From assembly GCF_000172995.2 (NCBI RefSeq), contig NC_014729.1:960001-992000 (forward strand): 32,000 bases of DNA, in the 5' to 3' direction. Shown here piece after piece: positions 22,923 through 31,572 of this stretch. The notes under the pieces are model-generated. The model saw only the letters and a list, made by a program, of their open reading frames with translations, had not been told where the DNA came from and ran no database searches. The translations under genes and the position numbers were made by a program. The stretch comes from Halogeometricum borinquense DSM 11551. Lineage in GTDB: Archaea; Halobacteriota; Halobacteria; Halobacteriales; Haloferacaceae. Within the stretch, counting starts at the first letter, position 1. Each line of letters starts with the position of its first letter.

Positions 22923-24152
22923 ATGAAGCGACATACAGAACAGTTCGTCGGTGCGCTGTTTCGAGTTCTCGCAGACGAGGGTCACGACGAGGTACAGAAG
23001 CGGCTTTTGGAGTCGTACCATTCGAAGGCGTCTATCGACCGAGACGAACTCGCAGCGAACATGTTCTCCGAACTCGTCACAGTTCTCCATCAACATCTCG
23101 ACACCCGTGACGAAATCGACGTTCTCACGACTGCAACGCGGCATCTTCTCAATCGCTTCTCGACAGTCATCGGTGTTGTACCCGTGGCCATTGTTGTGGT
23201 CGATGCTGCCGGCCAAGTCCAGTTGTGGAACGAGGGTGCAGAGCGAACGTTCGGATGGTCGGAGTCGGAGATACTCACGCAGTCGTACTTGGAAACGCTT
23301 TCTCCACCGACGGACCTCGCGGAGACGGTTCGTGGCCGACTCGAAGCAGGTGAGCGACTCGATGGGGTCGAAACCCGGCACCAGCACCAAGACGGGTCGA
23401 TACTCGACGTTCGGTTGTGGGCGGCACCGCTCAGTCACCGCGAGAGCGGGTTCGGCGGTGCGGCGTTCGTCGTCAGCGACATCACCGAACAGAAACAGCG
23501 CGAGCAACGCCTCGCCGTGCTCAACCGTGTGTTGCGGCACAATATCCGCAACGACGTGAACGTCGTGCAGGGGCACCTCGACATGCTGATCGACTCGCTT
23601 CCGGAGAACGACGAACACGCCGATGTGATACAGCGGCGACTCACGAACATCATCGAACTGAGCGACGCAGCACGGTACGTCGAGCAGTTACAGAGCGATG
23701 GAATGAGAAGTTTCGCAACGCTGGACCTCGGGGCACTCCTCCGTACTCGTCTCGACCGGTTGGATAGCGAGTATCCCAACGCCGAGATTCACGCAACGAT
23801 GCCCGAGTCGCTGCGCGTCGCCGCACACGAACTCCTGCCGTACGCACTCGACAACATTCTCGAAAACGCGCTCAAGCACAACGATTCGGGTGTCCCGCAC
23901 GTCACGGTCGATGTGCAGACCGAAGACGACGACCGTCGGACGATCCGTATCGAAGACGACGGTCCCGGACTCCCCGAGACCGAACGGGAGGTGCTGACGA
24001 CGAGAACGGAGACGCCGTTGACACACAGCGCCGGGATGGGGTTGTGGCTGGCGAGTTGGATTCTCCGTCATTCCGGCGGTGACCTCACCGTCGAAGACGG
24101 TCAGTCCGGTGGCACGCGTGTGACGATTCAGTTGAACGCACCGCCCCAGTGA
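22923..24152 (+). CDS. PAS-domain sensor histidine kinase
   Basis: PAS core: VAIVVVDAAGQVQLWNEGAERTFGWSESEIL...DGSILDVRLWAAPL. H-box: LNRVLRHNIRNDVNVVQGHLD. HATPase N/G boxes: LENALKHN, IEDDGPGLP, GMGLWL. I chose ATG 22923; the track starts at TTG 22893. Confidence 0.88.
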   Translation: MKRHTEQFVGALFRVLADEGHDEVQKRLLESYHSKASIDRDELAANMFSELVTVLHQHLDTRDEIDVLTTATRHLLNRFSTVIGVVPVAIVVVDAAGQVQLWNEGAERTFGWSESEILTQSYLETLSPPTDLAETVRGRLEAGERLDGVETRHQHQDGSILDVRLWAAPLSHRESGFGGAAFVVSDITEQKQREQRLAVLNRVLRHNIRNDVNVVQGHLDMLIDSLPENDEHADVIQRRLTNIIELSDAARYVEQLQSDGMRSFATLDLGALLRTRLDRLDSEYPNAEIHATMPESLRVAAHELLPYALDNILENALKHNDSGVPHVTVDVQTEDDDRRTIRIEDDGPGLPETEREVLTTRTETPLTHSAGMGLWLASWILRHSGGDLTVEDGQSGGTRVTIQLNAPPQ

Positions 24153-24173
24153 GAGGTACAATGAAGAGACTGC

Positions 24174-24995
24174 TTAGACGACGAACAGCCACGCAACGAA
24201 GACGATGACCCCGCCTAAGAGCGTGCTAACGACGGCGTGAACGCGGAGTCTGTCGAGGAGAGCGTGCGCGTCGCCCTCGACGGAGAGGTGGTCGTGAATT
24301 TCCGAACCGATCTCACACCGCGGGAGGAAATCCATGGCAACGTGAAGGAACACCCCAGCGGCGAACCCGAAGACGACGCCGCGGAACGGTCCCGACCCCG
24401 GGAGGACGATGATACTCGCCAGTATCGCGGCGATACCGAGGGCCGCGGCGGGGAGGAGGAGCGAAGATGCAGTGCGGCCTTTCGAGGTGAGACGGCGCGC
24501 CGCCGCGTATCCGGCGGGTCCCTTGTGCGAGACGATAGCGAGTCCGAGCGTCGGCCCGAGATCCGGCATGTTTCCGTAGACGATACCGATGATAAGGCCC
24601 GCAGAGAAGGCGTGTGCGGCGAGTTCTGCGACAGTTCGATCCACGGGAAGGTCCATGTGCGCGAGACGGTGACCAACGGTGTGGGATGCGAATCCGACGA
24701 GAAGTCCCGCGGCGATGCCGAATCCGCCGTACTTCGGGTGGTGGTTAATCGCCTGCGGGACCAAGAAGACGGCCGCACTCGTCACCATCGCACCGCTGGC
24801 GAGGCCATAGCCCCAGACGAGAGCGTTCGCTCCCTCGTCGTGATGGCGGACGCCGAGCGGTGCCGCGAGTGCCATCGCCGCGAACGCCACCCACGTGATT
24901 CCGAGGAGTTTCCACGCGCCGACGCTCGCCGCGTACGCTGAGAGACCGATGAAGATGACGGTGGCGGCGACACCGACACGTGAGATTCGTGTCAC
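24174..24995 (-). CDS. ZIP-family divalent metal transporter (ZupT-like)
   Basis: Multi-pass membrane protein with a histidine-containing AIVSHKGPAGYA motif (the HK.PEG-type motif of ZIP/ZupT) and FAAGVFLHVAMDFLP. The start is uncertain. Codons between 24996 and 25079 are AT-rich and look like promoter sequence, so I prefer GTG 24995. The longest ORF starts at ATG 25079. Confidence 0.75.
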   Translation of the reverse strand: MTRISRVGVAATVIFIGLSAYAASVGAWKLLGITWVAFAAMALAAPLGVRHHDEGANALVWGYGLASGAMVTSAAVFLVPQAINHHPKYGGFGIAAGLLVGFASHTVGHRLAHMDLPVDRTVAELAAHAFSAGLIIGIVYGNMPDLGPTLGLAIVSHKGPAGYAAARRLTSKGRTASSLLLPAAALGIAAILASIIVLPGSGPFRGVVFGFAAGVFLHVAMDFLPRCEIGSEIHDHLSVEGDAHALLDRLRVHAVVSTLLGGVIVFVAWLFVV

Positions 24996-25175
24996 GCTGT
25001 TAATTCTGGCGTATCGGTTAATAGGAGTCACGATATTAACACAGCCAGTCGAGTTCATAACAATGTCGATCCCGACCATCTGAAATGAGTTACGTCCACT
25101 GCGGCGTCGGTGCCGAAAAAGAGTCAGTTCACACCACGCTTCTCCGTTTTGCCGTCCCTCGTCGCCTTCTGCTCC

Positions 25176-25880
25176 TCACCGGGTCGCCTGCTTCCACGCC
25201 TGTCGGTCGAGACGGCCGCCGTCGAGTTCGTCTCGGTCGGCTTCGGTGGCGGCCCACACGTACATCGGTGCGACGTCGTCGGCGTCACGTCCCTGACCGT
25301 CAGTTAGCCCGGTGGCAACCAGTCCGGGGTCAACGACACCGATAACGGGTGCAACGTCGGCGGCGAACTGTCGGGCCAGTCCCTCGACGGCCGCTTTCGA
25401 GACGGCGTACGCGCCCATACCCGGCTTGGGATCGTGTGCGATGGACCCCGACGGAACGAGAACACGCGTGTCGTCGTTCACGTGCGGCAGCGCCTCACGA
25501 ACTGCGGTGAAAACACCGCGAACGTTCGTCCGGATGGTGTCGTCGAATCTGGTGTAAGACTCCTCGTGAACCGGCATCTCACCTGGAGTCCCGTGGTTCA
25601 CGGCGGCGTTTGGGACGAGGACAGCGATGCCGTCGTCGTCGCCGCTTCGTGCAGCAGTCTCCATCAGTCGTTCGACGTCGTACTCGTCGCGTACGTCGGC
25701 GCGAACCGCCTCGGCGGATCCGGGTGTGTCTGCCACGTTCGCCACGACATCGGAGAGCGCATCCTCGTCGCGGGCACAGCAGACGACGTGTGCGCCTTCC
25801 GCAGCGAACGCCCGGACAAGGGCTACGCCGATTCCCCGACTCGCACCTGTTACGACGACCGTCTTTCCTGACACGTCCAT
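25176..25880 (-). CDS. Short-chain dehydrogenase/reductase (SDR) family oxidoreductase
   Basis: VVVTGASRGIG, NAAV and YAVSKAAVEGL (YxxxK) motifs. Divergent from crtD. Confidence 0.85.
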   Translation of the reverse strand: MDVSGKTVVVTGASRGIGVALVRAFAAEGAHVVCCARDEDALSDVVANVADTPGSAEAVRADVRDEYDVERLMETAARSGDDDGIAVLVPNAAVNHGTPGEMPVHEESYTRFDDTIRTNVRGVFTAVREALPHVNDDTRVLVPSGSIAHDPKPGMGAYAVSKAAVEGLARQFAADVAPVIGVVDPGLVATGLTDGQGRDADDVAPMYVWAATEADRDELDGGRLDRQAWKQATR

Positions 25881-25955
25881 ACGTCCGCTTCGGACGAATC
25901 CGAGGTAAAGCCACAGCTTCCGGTCCCCGATATCGAACCTCTCACAGTCAGTCGA

Positions 25956-25961
25956 TTTATA
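25956..25961 (+). promoter_or_regulatory. TATA box (TTTATA) about 28 nt upstream of the crtD ATG. Implies a leaderless or near-leaderless crtD-lyeJ-cruF transcript.
   Basis: gtcgaTTTATAgtttc is seen in the sequence. The spacing to ATG 25987 matches archaeal TATA-TSS distance. Confidence 0.35.
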
Positions 25962-25986
25962 GTTTCATCGTCCCTAGGAATGCGAT

Positions 25987-27489
25987 ATGAATGCTGTCTC
26001 GGACCTCTCCGTCCTCGACGGAACGTCCGTGGTCGTTGTCGGTGGGGGATTCGGCGGACTATCGACGGCGTGTTACCTCGCCGACGCCGGTGCTACCGTG
26101 ACAGTACTTGAGAAAAACGAGCAGTTAGGCGGCCGGGCCAGTCGTCTCGAACGGGACGGCTTCCGCTTCGATATGGGACCGTCATGGTACTTGATGCCAG
26201 ACGTGTTCGAGGACTTTTTCGGATACTTCGACCGAACGCCTTCGGACTACTACGAACTCACGCGACTGGACCCCCACTACCGAATCTTCTTCAAGGACGG
26301 CGACCGGGTTGATATGGTTCCAGACCTCGAACAGAACCGCGAGACGTTCGAGGCGTACGAACCCGGTGCGGGCAAGCAGTTCGAGAAATATCTGCAGAAG
26401 GCCGAGAAGAACTATGAGGTGGGGATGGAACATTTCGTCTACACCGACCGGACGAAACTATCCGATTTCGCAGACTGGGACGTCATCAAGAACGCGCGGG
26501 GCCTGTCGCTCATCGGGTCGATGCAGGACCACGTCGAGAAGTACTTCGACCATCCGAAACTCCAGCAGATAATGCAGTACACGCTGGTGTTCCTCGGCGG
26601 CGCGCCGAACAACACGCCCGCGCTGTACAACCTGATGAGTCACGTAGATTTCAACATGGGCGTCTACTACCCCGACGGCGGCCTCGGCGGCGTCGTGGAC
26701 GGGATGGTCTCCTTGGGCGAGGAACTCGGCGTCGAGTTCCGCGTCGAGAGCCCGGTAAACGAGATTCGCGGCCGCGAGGAGGCGTTCGTCACGCGCACCG
26801 AGGACGGCCGGGAGTTCTACTCCGACTACGTCGTCAGCGACGCCGACTACCGGCACACCGAGATGGACCTCTTACCCGAGGGCAAGCGGCAGTACGACGA
26901 GGATTACTGGCAGTCGCGGACGTATGCACCCTCCGCTTACTTACTTTACCTCGGCGTCGAGGGCGACGTACCCGAACTCGAACATCATACGCTGGTCCTG
27001 CCGACGGACTGGGACGACCATTTCGAGAAGATATTCGACGACCCGGCGTGGCCCGACGACCCGGCGTACTATCTCTGTGTTCCCTCGAAAACGGACGACA
27101 CTGTCGCTCCGGAAGGCCATTCGAACCTGTTCGTTCTCGTCCCCATCGCGGCAGGATTGGACGATACGCCCGAGCAACGCGAACGCTACCGTGATCTCGT
27201 CTTAGACGACATCGCAGCACACACCGGAGAGGACCTACGGGACCGAATCGTCCTCGAAGAGTCGTTCTGCGTAGACGACTTCTCCGACCGGTACAACGCG
27301 ACGCAAGGGACGGCACTCGGTCTCGCGCACACACTCCGACAGACGGCACTCCTCCGCCCGCCGCATCACTCTGAGGAGGTTTCTGGCCTGTACTTCACCG
27401 GGTCGTTCACAACGCCCGGTATCGGCGTCCCGATGTGTCTCATCAGCGGCCAACTGACGGCCGAAAAGATGGCCGAACGGATGGCGTAA
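25987..27489 (+). CDS. crtD: Phytoene desaturase-family FAD oxidoreductase, carotenoid 3,4-desaturase of the bacterioruberin pathway
   Basis: N-terminal dinucleotide fold VVVVGGGFGGLSTACYLADAGATVTVLEKNEQLGGRA and C-terminal GLYFTGSFTTPGIGVPMCLISG, typical of the CrtI family. It is the first gene of the crtD-lyeJ-cruF order known from haloarchaeal C50 carotenoid clusters. Confidence 0.85.
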   Translation: MNAVSDLSVLDGTSVVVVGGGFGGLSTACYLADAGATVTVLEKNEQLGGRASRLERDGFRFDMGPSWYLMPDVFEDFFGYFDRTPSDYYELTRLDPHYRIFFKDGDRVDMVPDLEQNRETFEAYEPGAGKQFEKYLQKAEKNYEVGMEHFVYTDRTKLSDFADWDVIKNARGLSLIGSMQDHVEKYFDHPKLQQIMQYTLVFLGGAPNNTPALYNLMSHVDFNMGVYYPDGGLGGVVDGMVSLGEELGVEFRVESPVNEIRGREEAFVTRTEDGREFYSDYVVSDADYRHTEMDLLPEGKRQYDEDYWQSRTYAPSAYLLYLGVEGDVPELEHHTLVLPTDWDDHFEKIFDDPAWPDDPAYYLCVPSKTDDTVAPEGHSNLFVLVPIAAGLDDTPEQRERYRDLVLDDIAAHTGEDLRDRIVLEESFCVDDFSDRYNATQGTALGLAHTLRQTALLRPPHHSEEVSGLYFTGSFTTPGIGVPMCLISGQLTAEKMAERMA

Positions 27490-28331
27490 TGAACGCACGC
27501 GGCCGACTCGAATACCTGCTCACGCTCTCGCGCCCGCGGTTTTGGCTCTACCTCGCCGGACCCGTCGCCGTCGGCGTCGCCTTCGCCGCAACGGCCGTGA
27601 GCGACCTGCTCAGCCCTGCCGCCCTCGTCCTGTTCGGCTACTTTCTCCTGCCGGGGAATATTCTCCTCTACGGCGTCAACGACGCCTTCGACGCCGACGT
27701 AGATGAGGCGAACCCGAAGAAAGACGACAGAGAGGCGCGGTGGCAGGGCGACACCGTCGTCACCGCCGTCATCGTCGCGTCTGGCGTTCTCGGTCTCGGA
27801 CTGTTCGCTGTCGCCCCCCGACTCACGTGGCCGTACCTCGCCGGATTCTTCCTCCTCGGCGTGGAGTACAGCGCGCCGCCGTTCCGGTTCAAGACGACGC
27901 CGTTTCTCGATTCGGTATCGAACGGTCTGTACATCTTGCCGGGCGCGGCGGCGTTCGCGGCCGTCGCCGGACAACACCCACCACTCTCTGCCCTCGTCGG
28001 CGCGTGGGCATGGACGATGGGGATGCACACGTTCTCTGCCATCCCCGACATCGAACCGGACCGTACGGCAGGTATCCGCACGACAGCCACATTTCTCGGC
28101 GAACGTCGAACGTACGCGTACTGTTTCGCCTGCTGGCTGGTTGCCGCCGCTGCCTTCGCGCTCGTGGACTGGCGACTGGGTGCGGTGTTGTCGGCGTACC
28201 CACTCGCTGTTCTCGCCGTCGCCCGCTCCGAAATCTCAGTCGAACGTGCGTACTGGTGGTATCCCGTGTTGAACACGGTTATCGGCGCAACCCTCACAAT
28301 GGGTGCGCTCTGGAGATTGTTCTATGGTTGA
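27489..28331 (+). CDS. lyeJ: UbiA-family prenyltransferase, lycopene elongase/hydratase
   Basis: About 8 TM helices. The Asp-rich motif NDAFDADVDEANPKK (NDxxDxxxD) is present. TAATG overlap with crtD. I chose ATG 27489; the track ORF from 27435 begins inside crtD. Confidence 0.85.
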   Translation: MNARGRLEYLLTLSRPRFWLYLAGPVAVGVAFAATAVSDLLSPAALVLFGYFLLPGNILLYGVNDAFDADVDEANPKKDDREARWQGDTVVTAVIVASGVLGLGLFAVAPRLTWPYLAGFFLLGVEYSAPPFRFKTTPFLDSVSNGLYILPGAAAFAAVAGQHPPLSALVGAWAWTMGMHTFSAIPDIEPDRTAGIRTTATFLGERRTYAYCFACWLVAAAAFALVDWRLGAVLSAYPLAVLAVARSEISVERAYWWYPVLNTVIGATLTMGALWRLFYG

Positions 28332-29223
28332 AGCCGACGTTGCTCTCGCAAATCGGCTCCCGACCACGCGCGAGGAGTGGGAGTACCGGCTGGACCGACT
28401 CGTTCGAGAGAACCGCTTTACCATCTCGGTGTTCTTTCCGCTGAACGGTATCGTACTCCTCCTCGCCAGCGCGGAGGGCTGGCTTTCGGGGACCGTTCTC
28501 GCCCCGTTGGCGTTCAACGGCCTGTTTATCCTCTTCGGGACGTTCGTGATGCGCTCGCCCCTTCTCGTCGGCGTCCTTCCGCACACGACTCGTCGTGGGG
28601 CAACCGGCGTCGGCCTGTTGACGCTGTACGCGTACCTGATCGAGTACACCGGCGTTCACACCGGATTCCCGTATGGACAGTTCGCCTACGGTGTTGCCCT
28701 CGGACCGACCGTTGGCGGCATCCCGTTGGGTCTGCCGGTGTTTTTCGTCCCTCTCGTGATGAACGCCTACCTGCTGTGTTTGCTTCTTCTCGGCGATAGA
28801 GCCGAACACACAGTCATCCGTCTCTGTACGGTCATCATTGCCGTACTGGCGATGGACGTGGTGTTAGATCCCGGCGCGGTCGCTCTCGGGTTCTGGGCGT
28901 ACACCCCGCCGGGCGCGTTCTACGGCGTTCCGCTCTCGAACTACGCGGGGTGGGTCCTCAGCGCGACCGTCGCTGTTATCCTGCTCGATTGGGGATACGA
29001 TCAGCACATTCTCCTCACCCGCCTTTCGGAGTGTGAGTTCATGCTCGACGATCTCGTCTCCTTTGTCATCCTCTGGGGCGGCCTCAACGCGTGGTTCGGC
29101 AACTGGCTTCCCGTCGCTGTTGCCGCCCTGTTCGGCCTGGGACTTCTGAAGACCGAGCGATTCGACTCGCGGGTGTTTCGATTCAGTCAGCGGAAACGGT
29201 CCGGAAAGAACAGTTCGGAGTGA
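28324..29223 (+). CDS. cruF: Carotenoid biosynthesis membrane protein (CruF-type C50 carotenoid 2'',3''-hydratase family)
   Basis: Polytopic membrane protein immediately after lyeJ (8-nt overlap). GVHTGFPYGQFAY...LGP..GGIPLGLP.FF and NYAGWVL are typical of the DUF422/carotenoid synthesis family found next to lyeJ. Confidence 0.8.
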   Translation: MVEADVALANRLPTTREEWEYRLDRLVRENRFTISVFFPLNGIVLLLASAEGWLSGTVLAPLAFNGLFILFGTFVMRSPLLVGVLPHTTRRGATGVGLLTLYAYLIEYTGVHTGFPYGQFAYGVALGPTVGGIPLGLPVFFVPLVMNAYLLCLLLLGDRAEHTVIRLCTVIIAVLAMDVVLDPGAVALGFWAYTPPGAFYGVPLSNYAGWVLSATVAVILLDWGYDQHILLTRLSECEFMLDDLVSFVILWGGLNAWFGNWLPVAVAALFGLGLLKTERFDSRVFRFSQRKRSGKNSSE

Positions 29224-29244
29224 GCGTCGTTGACGCGACGCCAG

Positions 29245-30261
29245 CTACTCTCCGCGGGTGAAACTGCGGACCCAACTGGACAGTCGGCCGCCCAATAGAC
29301 CCGGCGACCGGGAAGCGCCAGAATGCCCGGGGTCGTGATGAGAGTGATCCTCGCTCGAAGGGTACGGAACGACACTCACTTTCCGGAACACCGTTTCGGG
29401 GTCCTTTTCGACCGCCCAGTAGGCTCGCGTTTTGACGAGAAGCGCAAGCTTCCGCGCCGTCGAGAGCGACGGCGTCACCGAGAGTACATCGTAGGCGCGC
29501 TTGCGAATCGCGCGGTGGTGGTCGGCGTACAGGACCGCAGCCAGAAGCACGGCGAACTGGCAGTCTTCGGGGAGGTACTGGATACCGTGGACGCCCTCTC
29601 GATAGAGCGCTTCCGTCCGACGCATCTCCTCGCGCATCACCGCGCGGAAGTTCTCGTCACAGCGGAACGACTGGAGTTGTTCCTCGGTGACGCCGTGTTT
29701 TTCGAGCGTCTCCTGCGGGAGGTAGACTCGGTCCCGTTCGACGATGTCCTCACGCACGTCGCGCAGGAAGTTCGACATCTGGAACGCCTCGCCGAGGGCC
29801 GTCGCGTGCGGACGTGCTTTCTCCGCGTTCGGGGTCTGCATGATGTCGGTCATCATCCGTCCGACGGCGGCCGCGGAGCCGTCCATGTACGTTTCGAGTT
29901 CGTCGTACGTCTCGTAGCGGCTCTTTGTGATGTCGGAGCGCATCGCATCGATGAAGACGTTCACGTCCTCGTCCGCGATGTCGTACTGCTCGCGGAGTTC
30001 GGCAAACGCCGAGAGGACGGGGTCGTCCGTCTCGTCTCTCCCTAACGCCTGCGCACGAAGTTGCTCTAACCGTTCGCGTTGTGCCGACGGTTCGGCGGTT
30101 TCCTCGGCATCTACAACTTCGTCTGCGACGCGGAAGAACGCGTAGAGAACGTACGTCGCATGCCGGACCCGTTCCGGAAGCACCCGTGTTGCGAGGTGAA
30201 ACGTCTTGCCGGTTTTACGCTGAATCGCCTTGCTTTGCTGGATCTGTTCCTGTTTTACCAT
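29245..30261 (-). CDS. crtB: Phytoene synthase
   Basis: KTGKTFHLATRVLP, YVLYAFFRVADEVVD (first Asp-rich motif), FQMSNFLRDVREDI..DRVYLP (second Asp-rich motif). ATG 30261 (MVKQEQIQQSKAIQ) is preferred over GTG 30312. Confidence 0.9.
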   Translation of the reverse strand: MVKQEQIQQSKAIQRKTGKTFHLATRVLPERVRHATYVLYAFFRVADEVVDAEETAEPSAQRERLEQLRAQALGRDETDDPVLSAFAELREQYDIADEDVNVFIDAMRSDITKSRYETYDELETYMDGSAAAVGRMMTDIMQTPNAEKARPHATALGEAFQMSNFLRDVREDIVERDRVYLPQETLEKHGVTEEQLQSFRCDENFRAVMREEMRRTEALYREGVHGIQYLPEDCQFAVLLAAVLYADHHRAIRKRAYDVLSVTPSLSTARKLALLVKTRAYWAVEKDPETVFRKVSVVPYPSSEDHSHHDPGHSGASRSPGLLGGRLSSWVRSFTRGE

Positions 30262-30453
30262 TGTAGGATATCGAATGACGGCACCCTCGGAGCGATTGCA
30301 ACGCGCCCACACATCTGCCAGACACTATTAACACTCGCAGTGACATAACCGTTCGTGACAAGCCTTAACTTGATACGGACCTACACCGTGGTATTCAGTC
30401 AAAAACGCCGTACAATGAGTCGATCGACGGTGGCACTCCCGAAACGATTCCGG

Positions 30454-30591
30454 CTACCAAAAAGTGTCACTGCAATCATATATCACGCCATGTGTCGGAC
30501 AGACGTACTTACAGTGTCGGTGGGCCATCGACGTGCCGCAGAACGGGCACGGACGACCGGGAACCGTCTCGGTGCTCTCCGAGTCAGTCAC
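30454..30591 (-). CDS. Small zinc-finger protein (about 45 aa), directly upstream of crtB on the same strand
   Basis: The conserved-looking C-terminal part is TDSESTETVPGRPCPFCGTSMAHRHCKYVCPTHGVIYDCSDTFW, with the pattern CPxCG...HxHC...CPxHG. I propose the in-frame GTG 30591 as start, because the upstream 49 codons of the 94-aa track ORF are Arg/Pro/Ile-rich and look non-coding. Confidence 0.5.
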   Translation of the reverse strand: MTDSESTETVPGRPCPFCGTSMAHRHCKYVCPTHGVIYDCSDTFW

Positions 30592-30827
30592 ACAACCGGC
30601 GATGAACGGGATGCGCAAGTAGATTGCTATCGGCGGCGGCCGATCCGAAACGGGGAATTCGACCCGAATTTTGAACAAGACTCTTAGGCGTTGCCGAGGA
30701 GGAACGATACGGTAGTCACGTCTGTACGGTATCGCCACACAACCACACGATGTCGTGCGGTCAGTTGTGGATCCCGTTTCAGACGCCGCAAACAGTCTCG
30801 CTCACGAACGACGGCCGAACACAGTCG

Positions 30828-31103
30828 ATGGAAAAGGCGCTCTGGTACCTGTTCGCGGGAACAAGAGGCGGTGAGAACCGCGTCCGTATCGTACACGCCC
30901 TTTCGGATCGACCGATGAACGCGAATCAACTCGCCACTGAACTGAACGTGGGATACCGGACGATACGCCACCACATCGAACTGCTCGAAGAACACGATGT
31001 GGTCGAGGGCGGCGACAACGACTACGGGAAGTTGTACTTCCTTACGGACCGGTTCGAGACGTACCGAGACACCTTCGAACAAATCACGGAACACGTAGAC
31101 TGA
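30828..31103 (+). CDS. Winged helix-turn-helix (ArsR-like) transcriptional regulator
   Basis: MEKALWYLFAGTRGGENRVRIVHALSDRPMNANQLATELNVGYRTIRHHIELLEEHDVV is a classic wHTH. I chose ATG 30828; the track ORF starts at 30750. Confidence 0.75.
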   Translation: MEKALWYLFAGTRGGENRVRIVHALSDRPMNANQLATELNVGYRTIRHHIELLEEHDVVEGGDNDYGKLYFLTDRFETYRDTFEQITEHVD

Positions 31104-31399
31104 TGGCAATGGAAACAACGATTCAGGCGGCCAGTGCGCTGGCGGGAGTGAATATCCTCCTTCTGGTCGCCCTCACCGCAGTGTGGGTGAACAACTATCG
31201 AACGTTTCGGACGCCGCTCATCTTGGGTCTCGTCGCCTTCGGAGCGGCGATGCTCGCAGAGAACGCCCTCGCACTCTATTTCTTCTTCACCATGCAGAGT
31301 CTCTACTCCGGCGACCCCCACGTCCAACAGGCCGTGTTAGCCCTTCGATCCCTCCAACTGATCGCACTCGGTTTCCTGACGTATGTGACCGTGCAGTGA
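31103..31399 (+). CDS. Small integral membrane protein (3 predicted TM helices), translationally coupled to the wHTH regulator
   Basis: TGATG overlap with the regulator. Hydrophobic segments AGVNILLLVALTAVWV, LILGLVAFGAAMLAENALALYFFF and ALRSLQLIALGFLTYV. Confidence 0.7.
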   Translation: MAMETTIQAASALAGVNILLLVALTAVWVNNYRTFRTPLILGLVAFGAAMLAENALALYFFFTMQSLYSGDPHVQQAVLALRSLQLIALGFLTYVTVQ

Positions 31400-31451
31400 C
31401 GGCGCGCCGGACAGTCGTTTCTTGTCTCTCGTCTCGCTCCGTCTGTTCTAC

Positions 31452-31456
31452 TTTTT
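31452..31456 (+). terminator. Oligo-T tract (TTTTT) about 50 nt after the membrane-protein stop
   Basis: ctacTTTTTcgcc is seen in the sequence. Possible archaeal terminator. Confidence 0.2.
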
Positions 31457-31572
31457 CGCCCGTCTACTCAGCTGACTTTCTCGGAAAGCAGCGCGAATTA
31501 TGAACAGACTCGACACGGATCTCGAAAAACGACTTTTCCGCCGCTCTGCCTCCGTTCTCTTGGAGGAATTCG

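Noticed and set aside
24996-25079. N-terminal 28 codons of the ZIP transporter track ORF
   Set aside because: The codons are AT-rich at third positions (ATT, GTT, AAT, AAC), which contrasts with the rest of the gene. They contain TATA-like TTAATAT and ATTAAC elements, so this is more likely promoter than coding sequence. The choice of GTG 24995 is tentative.
30592-30738. N-terminal 49 codons of the 94-aa minus-strand track ORF
   Set aside because: The sequence (MAIPYRRDYRIVPPRQRLRVLFKIRVEFPVSDRPPPIAIYLRIPFIAGC) is basic and Pro/Ile-rich, unlike the acidic proteome. It would consume the whole divergent promoter region. I prefer the in-frame GTG at 30591, though the true start remains uncertain.
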